DNA of 64,000 bases, from the NCBI GenBank assembly GCA_044224875.1, contig JBGAJQ010000005.1, positions 1 to 64,000 on the forward strand. Reading direction: 5' to 3'. The position numbers were made by a program, and so were the translations under genes. Positions 30,073-40,115 of this stretch are shown here, one piece after another. The stretch is from Gemmatimonadaceae bacterium. GTDB lineage: Bacteria; Gemmatimonadota; Gemmatimonadetes; Gemmatimonadales; Gemmatimonadaceae. Below the pieces are notes generated by a model. It saw nothing but the letters and a program-made list of their open reading frames with translations. It was not told where the DNA came from and made no database searches. Each line of letters starts with the position of its first letter. The stretch's first letter is position 1.

Positions 30073-31283
30073 CCGACGCCGCCCGTTACTTGACGTCGTT
30101 GGCGCAAGCGCTGGCGAAGATGTCACTGTACGCCGAGGGGCATCCGGCGCGGGCACGTGCCGCGGATGCATCGTTTGAACTGCTGCGTGAGCTGCAACGA
30201 TCCGACCCCTTGCCAGCGTTCTCGTTTCTGGGGCGCGAGGTCATCTACAACCAGCGCTCCATGCGCGAGCTGAGCGACTGGGATTGGTCGGAACGCCTGT
30301 CATCGTGCGGCGTGCAACGCCTGGAGTTCGAGGGGAAGATCGAGCGCGAAGACTACCGCGCGTTCCTCGAGGAAGTCCTGACGCGCATTTCGCTGCACGT
30401 GTCCGGCAACATCATCACGCCGGTCGAGCGAACGCGACGCGCCACACCCATTCGCTTTGGGGCGATTGGCCTCAAGGAATCACACGCGCCGTCCAGCGAA
30501 GACGCCCAGGCGGAGGACCAGGACGATGGCCGATCGTCGCAGGTCGCCGACGTCACCGAAGAGGCAGACTCGGTGGAGTGGATGCACCGCGAAGTGCTGT
30601 CGAACCGGTCACTGCCGGTGGCAGAGGCGGAGTTGGTCGTCGGCTCGCTTTCCGCGGCCATGCACGGCGACCGGCACCTATTGCTGCCGCTGCTGACGCT
30701 CAAGGACTTCGATCAGTACACGACCACGCACGCGTTGAACGTGGCGGTGTTGGCGATGGGCCTGGCCGAGTATATGGGACTGTCCGGTCGCGAGGCGCGC
30801 GCCTATGGGGTTGCCGGCCTCCTGCACGACTTGGGCAAGGTGCGCGTTCCGCTCGAAATCCTGCGCAAGCCGGGCAAGCTGTCCGATGCCGAGCGCGAGG
30901 TGCTGCAAAAGCACCCGTCGGACGGCGCGCAGATCATCCTCTCCGGCAGCCGCAAACACGACCTCTGCGCGGTCGTGGCCTTCGAGCACCACATCATGAT
31001 CGACGGCGGCGGTTATCCGACTCGCCACACGCGGCGTGATTGCCACCACGCGTCCCTACTCGTGCACGTGTGCGATGTGTTCGACGCCCTGCGCACGCAC
31101 CGCCCGTATCGTGTGGCGTGGGTCATTCCGTCCATCCTCACGTACATCGAGCGCAAGATCGGCACGGAGTTCCATCCTGAGGTAGCCCGCGCGTTCCTTG
31201 GCATGATTCAGGAGTGGGAGCTGCGACACGCCGTGGCCGACTCACTCGATCCCGACACGCTGACTCCCGCCGGGGCGTTGTAG
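30069..31283 (+). CDS. HD-GYP domain protein (putative c-di-GMP phosphodiesterase)
   Basis: HALNV, LHDLGK, HP, EHH..GGGYP and CDVFDALRTHRPYR. Confidence 0.88.
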   Translation: MTDAARYLTSLAQALAKMSLYAEGHPARARAADASFELLRELQRSDPLPAFSFLGREVIYNQRSMRELSDWDWSERLSSCGVQRLEFEGKIEREDYRAFLEEVLTRISLHVSGNIITPVERTRRATPIRFGAIGLKESHAPSSEDAQAEDQDDGRSSQVADVTEEADSVEWMHREVLSNRSLPVAEAELVVGSLSAAMHGDRHLLLPLLTLKDFDQYTTTHALNVAVLAMGLAEYMGLSGREARAYGVAGLLHDLGKVRVPLEILRKPGKLSDAEREVLQKHPSDGAQIILSGSRKHDLCAVVAFEHHIMIDGGGYPTRHTRRDCHHASLLVHVCDVFDALRTHRPYRVAWVIPSILTYIERKIGTEFHPEVARAFLGMIQEWELRHAVADSLDPDTLTPAGAL

Positions 31284-31385
31284 GCACTCGTTGTCTGAGC
31301 GCCCTCACGGTTTGGGGCAATACGGCGATCCGGTCGGCAATCGAAAGGTGCGGCACCTGGCGGTCGGTGCATGGATCGTTGACCC

Positions 31386-32924
31386 GTGCTGGCCGCCGTG
31401 CGTTCCGCCTCTGTGCTGGGGATCGATGCTTACGACGTCACCGTAGAGGTGGACGTCGCGAGCGGCTTGCCGCAGTGGACGATCGTGGGGCTCGCGGCCA
31501 GCTCGGTGCGCGAAAGTCGTGAGCGCGTGAGTGCGGCGCTCACGAACGCAGGGTTCACGCTGCCACCGCGCCGGATCACGATCAACCTCGCCCCGGCGGA
31601 TGTTCGGAAGGAAGGCACAGCGTTTGACCTGCCGATTGCCCTCGGCGTGTTGGCGGCTACTGGCCAACTCCCCGACGGAGCGCTCGATGGTCTGGTCGCA
31701 CTCGGCGAGTTGGGACTGGATGGCGCATTGCGGCCGGTGCGGGGTGTGTTGCCGGTGGCACGCCGGCTGAGCCTCGATCGCGTGCGAGCGTTGGTGCTGC
31801 CACCAGCCAACGTTCCGGAGGCCGCACTGGTGAGTGGTGTGGCGCTGGCTGCGCCGGCGACGCTGGAGCAACTGGTGTGCGAACTGCGCGCCCGCTGCCT
31901 AACGGTTGTCAGCGAGCGGCAGCCGTTGACGGTGCAGGGGCGCGACATGGTTGACCTGAGTGACGTGGTGGGGCAGCACGCCGCACGTCGTGCGCTGGAG
32001 ATCGCGGCCGCGGGCGGCCACGCCGTGCTGATGGTGGGGGCTCCTGGGACGGGGAAAACGATGCTGGCTCGGCGCCTGCCGACGATCCTGCCTCCCCTGA
32101 GCGAAGGGGAGGCCCTGGAGGTCGTGGCGATTCACTCGATTGCCGGGCTGTTGGAGCCAGGCACGGCACCGGCGGCCACGCGTCCCTTTCGCGCCCCGCA
32201 CCATTCGTTGAGTGCCGCCGCCCTCATCGGCGGCGGAAGCAACCCGCGACCGGGCGAGGTGAGCCTGGCGCACCACGGCGTGTTGTTTCTCGACGAATTG
32301 CAGGAAATGCCGCGGTCCGTTCTCGATTCCCTGCGACAACCGCTGGAGGATGGCCGGGTGCTGATCTCCCGCGCGTCGTGCACGGTGAGCTTTCCGTCCC
32401 AGTTCACACTGGTAGGCGCCATGAATCCGTGCCCGTGTGGCCGCGCGGACGTGGAAGGTCGCAGCTGCCGATGCTCGGAGGCGGACTTGGAGCGACATCG
32501 TGCGCGCATCTCCGGCCCGCTCGCCGACCGCATCGACCTGAGCGTTCGGGTTCCGCCGGTCGACCTTCGTCAACTGGGCCTCGCGCCACCCGCGGAAAGC
32601 TCCGCCGCGGTGCGAGAGCGTGTGGCAATGGCTCGGGCACGACAAGCCCTTCGTTACGCCCGACTGCGCGGCGTGCTCCTGAACGCGCATGTGGCCGGTC
32701 GTTGGCTGGATGCGCATACGGGAATCGATCGTGAGGCCCGGGAGCTGCTGTCGACGGCCGCCCAACGGATGGCGCTGTCGGCGCGCGGCTATCACCGTGC
32801 CCTGAAGGTGGCGCGCACCGTCGCCGACCTGGACGGCGACGACGCGGTCCTGGAGTCGCACGTCGCCGAGGCATTGCAGTTTCGCATGGTGGAGCGGCTG
32901 CCTGCCGCTGCGCCACGCGGATAA
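31386..32924 (+). CDS. comM: YifB/ComM family Mg-chelatase-like AAA+ ATPase
   Basis: INLAPAD, GELGLDG, GAPGTGKT, RPFRAPHH, PGEVSLAHHGVLFLDE and MNPCPCG. Confidence 0.9.
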   Translation: MLAAVRSASVLGIDAYDVTVEVDVASGLPQWTIVGLAASSVRESRERVSAALTNAGFTLPPRRITINLAPADVRKEGTAFDLPIALGVLAATGQLPDGALDGLVALGELGLDGALRPVRGVLPVARRLSLDRVRALVLPPANVPEAALVSGVALAAPATLEQLVCELRARCLTVVSERQPLTVQGRDMVDLSDVVGQHAARRALEIAAAGGHAVLMVGAPGTGKTMLARRLPTILPPLSEGEALEVVAIHSIAGLLEPGTAPAATRPFRAPHHSLSAAALIGGGSNPRPGEVSLAHHGVLFLDELQEMPRSVLDSLRQPLEDGRVLISRASCTVSFPSQFTLVGAMNPCPCGRADVEGRSCRCSEADLERHRARISGPLADRIDLSVRVPPVDLRQLGLAPPAESSAAVRERVAMARARQALRYARLRGVLLNAHVAGRWLDAHTGIDREARELLSTAAQRMALSARGYHRALKVARTVADLDGDDAVLESHVAEALQFRMVERLPAAAPRG

Positions 32925-32933
32925 CTTTCGCGA

Positions 32934-33815
32934 ATGACGGATCTGACGCTGCGCGCGGTTGCCACTCCTGAGGACGGATCGTTAGGTGCGGAGCCTGCCC
33001 TGGACGAGCTCGAGGCACGGCTGATCGCGTGGTTTCGGTCTGTGGGGTCAGCGCTCATCGGATTCAGTGGGGGTGTGGATTCCGCCTACCTGGCCTGCGT
33101 TGCCCTCGAGTCCGTCGGCCCTGCGCACGTACTGGGCGTCATTGGCCGCTCGGCCTCGTACCCGCTGGAACAGTGGCAACGGGCGCGCGACGTGGCCACG
33201 CGGTTCGGTCTCCCGGTGTTGGAGCTGGACACCCACGAACTGACCGACCCGCGGTATGCCGCCAATCCGGTCAATCGGTGCTACTACTGCAAGACCGAGT
33301 TGTGGGACCAGCTGGTCCCTGTTGCTATGGCCCGAGGGATCGCGGTGGTGTGTGACGGGACCAACGCCGACGACTTGGCGGACTACCGGCCGGGCCGCGC
33401 AGCGGCTCGCGAACATGGGGTGCGGAGCCCGCTCGCCGAGCTGGGATTCACCAAGGCGCACATCCGTGCACTGAGCGCCCGTCGCGACATCCCGACGTGG
33501 TCCGTCCCGTCGTCGCCGTGCCTCTCGTCGCGACTTCCATATGGAACGGCGGTGACCGTTGAACGACTCGTGCAGGTGGAGCAGGCCGAACGCGGGCTGC
33601 GCGAACTCGGCATCGTTGGCGATCTGCGGGTGCGGCATCATGGACCTGTAGCACGCGTCGAGTTAGGCGCCGCTGAGCTGGCGGCGTGGCTCTCACCGGT
33701 ACGCGCCAGAGTCCTGTGCGCGACGGTGCGTAAGGCAGGCTACCAACGCGTCGTGATCGACCTGCGCGGCTTTCGATCCGGGTCGCTCAATGTGCTAGGC
33801 GGCGTGCATCCGTGA
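32934..33815 (+). CDS. larE: LarE-family ATP-dependent sulfur transferase (PP-loop)
   Basis: FSGGVDS, RCYYCK, DGTNADD..DYRPG, PCLSSR and GFRSGSLN. Confidence 0.85.
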   Translation: MTDLTLRAVATPEDGSLGAEPALDELEARLIAWFRSVGSALIGFSGGVDSAYLACVALESVGPAHVLGVIGRSASYPLEQWQRARDVATRFGLPVLELDTHELTDPRYAANPVNRCYYCKTELWDQLVPVAMARGIAVVCDGTNADDLADYRPGRAAAREHGVRSPLAELGFTKAHIRALSARRDIPTWSVPSSPCLSSRLPYGTAVTVERLVQVEQAERGLRELGIVGDLRVRHHGPVARVELGAAELAAWLSPVRARVLCATVRKAGYQRVVIDLRGFRSGSLNVLGGVHP

Positions 33816-34045
33816 GCGACCTCGCCGAACTCTGTCGTCAGCTGCAGGCGCTGGGTGTATCGGTCCGGCCCGAAGTGCGGGACGGGCAACTCCTGCTTGT
33901 CCCCGAAGGCGAAATGCCGGACTTGAGCGACGCAACGTTGCGAACGCGAGTCCTCGCCATCGCGCGTTCGGCATCGTTCACTCACGTATCCCTGGAAGTG
34001 GTCGACGACGATGCGACTGTTCATCGCGATCAACCTGACGACTGA
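33812..34045 (+). CDS. Small hypothetical protein
   Basis: GTGA overlap with larE; resembles the LarE C-terminal motif (…FTHVSLEV). Confidence 0.55.
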   Translation: MSDLAELCRQLQALGVSVRPEVRDGQLLLVPEGEMPDLSDATLRTRVLAIARSASFTHVSLEVVDDDATVHRDQPDD

Positions 34046-34589
34046 GGTTCAACAGTCCATTGAGGCCGTCGTGGCGCCCGTTCGCACGCAGGTGCCGTCG
34101 ATCCGGTGGGTGCCGTGCGATCGGCTTCACGTCACGGTGAAGTTCCTTGGTGAGCAAGAGCCCGCCTCCGTCGCCGGTATTCGATCCACCCTCACCAACG
34201 TCGCACGGCCGGCGCACCTGGGCCTTTGTCGCATTGCGGAGTTTGGGGTATTCCCGAACTTTCGGTCGCCTCGCGTCGTATGGATGGGCGTGCAGACGCC
34301 AGGACTCGTTGAATTCGCCGCGGAACTCGACAATGCGCTCGCCACGATTGGCGTCCCGCGCGAGGGTCGCGGCTTTGCGCCGCACCTCACGCTCGGGCGC
34401 CTGGCCAAGCCCCTTTGGCCGCGCGAGCTCGATGCATTGCGTCGGTGGGGTAGCGCCGTCGGCGCGGTGGCTGAACAGGAAATCCCCAGCGTTGACCTGA
34501 TGCACAGCGAGATCCGTCCCGGCGGTCCCGCGTATTCGATCCTTTCTCGCGCGCCCTTGGGTGGCGCGCCCTCCTCCTCAACTCGTTAG
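34011..34589 (+). CDS. thpR: RNA 2',3'-cyclic phosphodiesterase (2H family)
   Basis: MRLFIAI, HVTVKFLG and PHLTLGR. Confidence 0.9.
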   Translation: MRLFIAINLTTEVQQSIEAVVAPVRTQVPSIRWVPCDRLHVTVKFLGEQEPASVAGIRSTLTNVARPAHLGLCRIAEFGVFPNFRSPRVVWMGVQTPGLVEFAAELDNALATIGVPREGRGFAPHLTLGRLAKPLWPRELDALRRWGSAVGAVAEQEIPSVDLMHSEIRPGGPAYSILSRAPLGGAPSSSTR

Positions 34590-34599
34590 GGGTCGCGCC

Positions 34600-35244
34600 A
34601 TGTTTGGCTGTCTCCGTCGAATCGGTTGCCTGGTCGTGCTGGCGATCATTGCGGTCTGTGGCTGGATCTTTCGTGATCGCTGGATGCCGATGGTCTTTGG
34701 AAAGCCGCGTCCTGTCACCGCAACATGGGAGGGAGTGACACCAGAGCGTGCGACCAAGGCACGGGATGCGCTCCAGTCCCTAGGCCAGAAGTCCGGGCCT
34801 GTCTTCACCAACCTCAAGGCAGCCGATATCGCGGCGGTGCTGCTGGACGGCTCGGCGGGGACACTACCAAGTTCCGTACAGGGCGCCGAGGCGACGGTGG
34901 AAGGCGATCAGGTGCACCTGCGTGCCACAATTAATCTGGACGACATCAAGGGGCTGGACATCCTCGGGCCATTCGGCGATTTCGTTGGGAAGCGGGAGCG
35001 ATTCGAGCTCGGCGGCACGCTCGGCGTCGTCTCGTCGGGAGTTGGGGAATTTCGGGTGGAATCGGCCCGTATCGGCGACCTGCCCATTCCCAGGCAGGCA
35101 ATCCCGAAACTCCTGCAGCGCCTGCAGCGCGGCACACGGCCACCTGGCCTGGCCGACAACGGCGTGCCGTTTAAGCTGCCGGCCTATGTTGGCGATATTC
35201 GCGTGGGGAAGGGACGGGTCACCTTGTACAAGAACGTGTCATGA
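34600..35244 (+). CDS. Hypothetical membrane-anchored protein
   Basis: N-terminal TM (GCLRRIGCLVVLAII); ATGA overlap with the downstream regulator. Confidence 0.7.
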   Translation: MFGCLRRIGCLVVLAIIAVCGWIFRDRWMPMVFGKPRPVTATWEGVTPERATKARDALQSLGQKSGPVFTNLKAADIAAVLLDGSAGTLPSSVQGAEATVEGDQVHLRATINLDDIKGLDILGPFGDFVGKRERFELGGTLGVVSSGVGEFRVESARIGDLPIPRQAIPKLLQRLQRGTRPPGLADNGVPFKLPAYVGDIRVGKGRVTLYKNVS

Positions 35245-36605
35245 GCCGACGTATTCTGGTTGTGGACGATGAGCAAGGGGTTCGAGCTGCACTCGGCCAG
35301 TTGCTGGAGTATGAAGGCTACGAGGTCAAGACCGCGTCGAATGGCGCGGAAGCCCTGACGACGTATGAGAAGTGGCGTCCGCAGCTGGTTTTCCTGGACG
35401 TGAAGATGGCGGGGATCGACGGGATTGAAGCGCTCCGTCGGATCAAACAGGCGGATCCGTCCGCCCAGGTCGTCATGATCTCCGGGCACGCGACGATCCA
35501 GACCGCAGTCGAGGCGACGCAGCTGGGCGCCTACGACATCCTCGAGAAGCCCCTCGACACGGATCGCATCCTGGTCCTGCTCCGCAACGCGCTGCAGCAC
35601 CTGACGCTGTCGGAGGAAAACGCGCGACTGCGCGAATCGATCGAGTCGCGGTACGAGATCGTCGGCAAGTCGTACGCGATCCGCACCCTGATGGAGAAGA
35701 TCGAAAAGGTCGCCACCACACCTGCACGGGTGCTGATCACGGGAGAGAACGGAACGGGAAAGGAGTTGGTGGCGCGGGCAATTCACCGGCTATCGCCACG
35801 CGCGTCCAAGCCCTTTGTCGAGGTGAATTGCGCCGCGATCCCCGGAGAGCTCATCGAAAGTGAACTGTTCGGCCACATGAAGGGCTCGTTCACGGGCGCG
35901 GTGACTGACCGGGCGGGAAAGTTTGAGCAGGCGGACAAAGGAACGCTCTTCCTCGACGAGATCGGCGACATGAGTGTCGCCGCGCAGGCCAAGGTGCTCC
36001 GTGTGTTGCAGGACGGCGAGGTGGTGCGCATTGGCGGGAGCAAGAACATCCAGGTCGATGTGCGCGTGCTGGCGGCCACAAACAAGAACCTCGAGGACGA
36101 GATCGAGAACGGCCGCTTTCGCGAGGACCTGTACTATCGGCTGAATGTGGTGCCCTTGCACGTGCCGCCCCTGCGTGACCGGCGGGAAGATATCCCCATG
36201 CTGGCGCAGTACTTCGTGCAGCAACTCTCCACACGGGACGGGGCGCCGGCACGGTCGATCGACGCCGGGGCGCTGGAGCTGCTGGCGTCCCTCGACTGGC
36301 CGGGCAACGTGCGAGAACTCCGCAACACGATCGAACGGCTCCTGATCCTCGCTTCCGGTCCGCGTGTTGTAGCTGCCGACGTGTCGCGCCTGACGGGGCC
36401 ACGCCCCGCCGACGTCTCCACGCTTGGTTCCCTGCTGGAGTGCAAGACGTTCGAAGAATTCAAGGCGGCCGCCGAGCGCGCCTTTCTCCTGGCCAAGCTG
36501 CGCGAATACGACTGGAACGTTTCCGAGACCGCGCGTGGGCTCGACATGCCGCGCTCCAACCTGTACAAAAAGATCGATCGATACGCGTTGTCGCGAGAAG
36601 GCTGA
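35241..36605 (+). CDS. Sigma-54-type response regulator (NtrX/NtrC family)
   Basis: REC domain, GENGTGKE, GSFTGA, LFLDEIGD, WPGNVREL and Fis-type HTH. Confidence 0.93.
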   Translation: MSRRILVVDDEQGVRAALGQLLEYEGYEVKTASNGAEALTTYEKWRPQLVFLDVKMAGIDGIEALRRIKQADPSAQVVMISGHATIQTAVEATQLGAYDILEKPLDTDRILVLLRNALQHLTLSEENARLRESIESRYEIVGKSYAIRTLMEKIEKVATTPARVLITGENGTGKELVARAIHRLSPRASKPFVEVNCAAIPGELIESELFGHMKGSFTGAVTDRAGKFEQADKGTLFLDEIGDMSVAAQAKVLRVLQDGEVVRIGGSKNIQVDVRVLAATNKNLEDEIENGRFREDLYYRLNVVPLHVPPLRDRREDIPMLAQYFVQQLSTRDGAPARSIDAGALELLASLDWPGNVRELRNTIERLLILASGPRVVAADVSRLTGPRPADVSTLGSLLECKTFEEFKAAAERAFLLAKLREYDWNVSETARGLDMPRSNLYKKIDRYALSREG

Positions 36606-36649
36606 CGACCCGCCTTCCCGATTCCCACTGATCACCCGAAGGGCCGCGC

Positions 36650-37093
36650 ATGGCATCCAAGGATTGGGACAAGGAGATGGCCAAGATCGACAAGCAGTTG
36701 GAGTCGATCTCGGACGAAGCGCTCTTTCCAACGAAGGCCGCGCCGACACCGGCGGCGAAGGCCGAGATCGTCGAAAAGCAGCGGTCGACATCGACCTTTG
36801 GCGTGGTGTTGCGACTGCTGCTGGCAGTCGCGCTGGGCGTTGCCATGGTGTTCTGGCCGTACCCGGCCCGCTGCGGCGTTGGACTCTTCGGGTATCTCGG
36901 GGCGGTGGCCGTGCTGATGGCAGCCGGGGCATGGAGTGCGGTGTGGTCGTGGAGGCATCGGTCCGGACGCGCCCACATGCTGTCGCTCCTGATCCTCCTG
37001 TGGGGCGGTGTCCTTGGCGCGGTCGAGATCCTGCCTCGAACGGGATACGCCAAGCCCTCGGACGCGCACCCAGCGCAGTGGCTCTGTCCGTAG
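36650..37093 (+). CDS. Hypothetical membrane protein
   Basis: Charged N-terminus followed by 3 TM segments. Confidence 0.7.
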   Translation: MASKDWDKEMAKIDKQLESISDEALFPTKAAPTPAAKAEIVEKQRSTSTFGVVLRLLLAVALGVAMVFWPYPARCGVGLFGYLGAVAVLMAAGAWSAVWSWRHRSGRAHMLSLLILLWGGVLGAVEILPRTGYAKPSDAHPAQWLCP

Positions 37094-37345
37094 GTCAAGC
37101 GTTGGCACCGCACGGGGCTTTATGGCCTGTGACCGCGAAATCGTGCCGTCCTTTCGAGCAATGTCGAGCCAGTCGCACCATCCAAAAGGAGTGGCTACTA
37201 GCCCTGGTGTGAGTCGGTGGAGGCAGGCGAACGTGACGCAGGGGAGGGTCCCATCGGGGACGCGCTCCCACGGCGGTACGAGAGGCGGCTAGCTTTCAGC
37301 CCCCTGCCTGTTCCAGGCACGGGCGCTCGCTACCCAGATCCCGAC

Positions 37346-38839
37346 ATGCCTGCTTCCTTCAAGAACTTCATCGCCGGCGCGTGGAGCCCATCCTCGTCAG
37401 GCGCAACTTTCGAGAACGTCAATCCCGCCGACACCTCGGACGTGATTGGCCAGTTCCCCGCATCCACCGCCGAAGACGTCGAACGCGCCGTGCGAAGCGC
37501 GCAGCGCGGGTTTGAGCTGTGGCGTCGGACGCCGGCCCCCCTCCGTGGCGACGTACTGCGTCGCGTCGGCGACCTGTTGCTGGCTCGCAAGGAGGAGATC
37601 GCGAACCTCATGACGAGGGAGATGGGCAAGCCCCTCGCCGAAACGCGCGGTGATGTGCAGGAGGGTATCGATACCGCGTACTACGCCGCCACCGAAGGGC
37701 GTCGCCTCTTTGGCCACACCGTGCCGAGCGAACTTCGGAACAAGTGGGCGATGAGCTTCCGGCGGCCGATGGGGGTCTGCGGTCTGGTCACGCCGTTCAA
37801 TTTCCCGCTCGCCATTCCGACCTGGAAAATGTTTCCGGCCCTCGTCTGCGGTAACTCCGTGGTGATCAAGCCCGCCGAAGATGTGCCGCACACCGTCACC
37901 GTGTTGGTGGAGGTGTTACTGGAGGCCGGCCTTCCGCCGGAGGTGATTCAGCTGGTGCACGGGAGTGGCGAGGAGGCAGGGGCGGCCATCGTGAATCATC
38001 CGCAGGTACCGGTGATCTCGTTCACGGGCTCCACGGAGACGGGGCGAATCGTCGGCGAGATCTGCGGGCGCATGCACAAGCGTCTCTCGCTCGAGATGGG
38101 CGGAAAGAACGCGCAGATCGTGCTCGACGATGCCAATCTGGAACTCGCGCTCGAAGGGGTGTTGTGGGGCGCCTTCGGCACCACCGGACAGCGCTGCACC
38201 GCGACCAGCCGCCTGATTCTGCAGGCGGGCATCCACGACGCGTTTGTCGACATGCTGGTCGAACGAACGCGCGCTCTCAAGTTGGGGGATGGGCGCGTGG
38301 CCGGGACCGATGTGGGTCCCGTGATTCATGAGGCGTCCCGGTCGAAGGTGGAGGCCTACGTGGCGATCGGGAAATCCGAGGGCGCCGACCTGCGACTTGG
38401 CGGAGAACGGCCAGCCGGGAGCTCACTCGCCAAGGGATTCTTCTTCCAGCCAACGATCTTCACGAATGTGAAGGCGGGGTCGCGTCTGGAGCAGGAGGAA
38501 ATTTTTGGCCCCGTGCTTTCCGTGGTGCGGGTGAAGGACGCCGACGAGGCGTTCCGCGTGAACAACGGCGTGAAGTACGGCCTGTCATCTTCGCTGTACA
38601 CGAACAACGTGAACGTCGCGTTCCGTGCCCTACAGGATCTGGATAACGGCATCACCTACATCAATGCACCGACCATCGGGGCGGAAGCGCATCTCCCCTT
38701 TGGCGGTGTCAAACAGACCGGGAACGGACATCGGGAGGGGGGGTGGGAGGTCTACGACTTCTACTCCGAGACGAAGGTCGGGTACGTGGACTTTTCTGGA
38801 GCGCTCCAACGCGCGCAAATCGACACGTACGACGCATAG
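37346..38839 (+). CDS. Aldehyde dehydrogenase family protein
   Basis: TPFNFP, FTGS, LEMGGKN, GQRCT and EEIFGPV. Confidence 0.93.
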   Translation: MPASFKNFIAGAWSPSSSGATFENVNPADTSDVIGQFPASTAEDVERAVRSAQRGFELWRRTPAPLRGDVLRRVGDLLLARKEEIANLMTREMGKPLAETRGDVQEGIDTAYYAATEGRRLFGHTVPSELRNKWAMSFRRPMGVCGLVTPFNFPLAIPTWKMFPALVCGNSVVIKPAEDVPHTVTVLVEVLLEAGLPPEVIQLVHGSGEEAGAAIVNHPQVPVISFTGSTETGRIVGEICGRMHKRLSLEMGGKNAQIVLDDANLELALEGVLWGAFGTTGQRCTATSRLILQAGIHDAFVDMLVERTRALKLGDGRVAGTDVGPVIHEASRSKVEAYVAIGKSEGADLRLGGERPAGSSLAKGFFFQPTIFTNVKAGSRLEQEEIFGPVLSVVRVKDADEAFRVNNGVKYGLSSSLYTNNVNVAFRALQDLDNGITYINAPTIGAEAHLPFGGVKQTGNGHREGGWEVYDFYSETKVGYVDFSGALQRAQIDTYDA

Positions 38840-39331
38840 GAGTGTGACGGGGCGCACGCAGCGTAGTTCGTGTGGCGCCCGTGCGCACGCCCGCTTCCGG
38901 TTTGCGGCACAGGGAGTGCATCACGGTGTAGTCGGCGCCCGGGGCGGTTGCGCGACGTTGGGGCATGAAGTCGTGTTAGGAGGAAGATGGTGCTCACGAT
39001 CCGGGCCGCGAGTGATTTCCGGTGTCGGTGCAGGGGAGCGGGCGTGCAGGTGTCTGCCGCCCCTTCACTTGCGGCGTTTCCGGGCACGGAATTAATTGAC
39101 GCAGGTGCAGATGGCGTTGTCGCATCATGACCACGAGGCTCTTTCAATCCGCGTCGAGCGAACGCTCGTCGGGTTCGGTGTTTTCAAAGCAACGATTCGT
39201 GGCGCCGCGCAATCGATCGGCTCGGCCCCTCACTCGTCAGGCACCTCAGCGTCGAACCCGGATGTCGTGGTCATGAGCATGTTCTCCTCTCGAGTCTTGG
39301 CCCTGCGCGAGTCATCGTCGGGGCTGACGGC

Positions 39332-40111
39332 ATGAGCGAGACCGTCATCCCGCCGATCGGCACGCCTGGCGTGACGGAACAGGAGCGCGCAGACGCGTTG
39401 CGTCGCGTGAATCGCGAGCCGAGCAGCGTGTGGCGGTACCTTTGGGATTGGGCCAAGTCGCTGCAGCTGGCGATCCTCGTGTTCCTGTTGGTCCGCGCCT
39501 TCTTGTTCGAGGCGTTCAAGATTCCGAGTGGCAGCATGGAGGGCACGCTGCAGGTGGGCGACTTCCTCCTCGTGAACAAGTTGGTGTATGGGGCGACCGT
39601 CCCGTTCACCAACAAGCGCCTCCCGGCGATTCGGCAACCGCAGCGGGGCGATGTCATTGTCTTTCAGTATCCGATCGACCCAAGCAAGAACTTCGTGAAG
39701 CGGCTCGTGGGAGTCCCCGGGGACACGTTGTCCATGACGAATGGGGTGTTGCACCGGAACGGCCGCGATCTGGACGAACTGTACGTGCGGCACGTCGATC
39801 CCCAGGGCGACCCGGGGAGCGAGGACTTCCGGTGGCAACGGGACTTCCTGGTGCGGACGGCAGAGGCTGCGGTGGCGTATCATCCATCGCGAAACAACTG
39901 GGGGCCGATCGTGGTCCCGCAGAAGCACTACTTCATGTTGGGTGACAATCGCGATAATTCGCAGGACAGCCGGTACTGGGGATTCGTAGCCGACTCGTTC
40001 GTGCGCGGGACTCCGATGTTTGTGTACTTCAGCTATGCCCCCGATTCTGCTGGACGAACCCCGTTGCTGTCGCGCATTCGATGGCCGCGGTTAGGCACCC
40101 GCATTCAGTAG
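39332..40111 (+). CDS. lepB: Signal peptidase I
   Basis: IPSGSMEGTL, RGDVIVF, FVKRLVG and GDNRDNSQDSRYWG. Confidence 0.93.
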   Translation: MSETVIPPIGTPGVTEQERADALRRVNREPSSVWRYLWDWAKSLQLAILVFLLVRAFLFEAFKIPSGSMEGTLQVGDFLLVNKLVYGATVPFTNKRLPAIRQPQRGDVIVFQYPIDPSKNFVKRLVGVPGDTLSMTNGVLHRNGRDLDELYVRHVDPQGDPGSEDFRWQRDFLVRTAEAAVAYHPSRNNWGPIVVPQKHYFMLGDNRDNSQDSRYWGFVADSFVRGTPMFVYFSYAPDSAGRTPLLSRIRWPRLGTRIQ

Positions 40112-40115
40112 CCTC

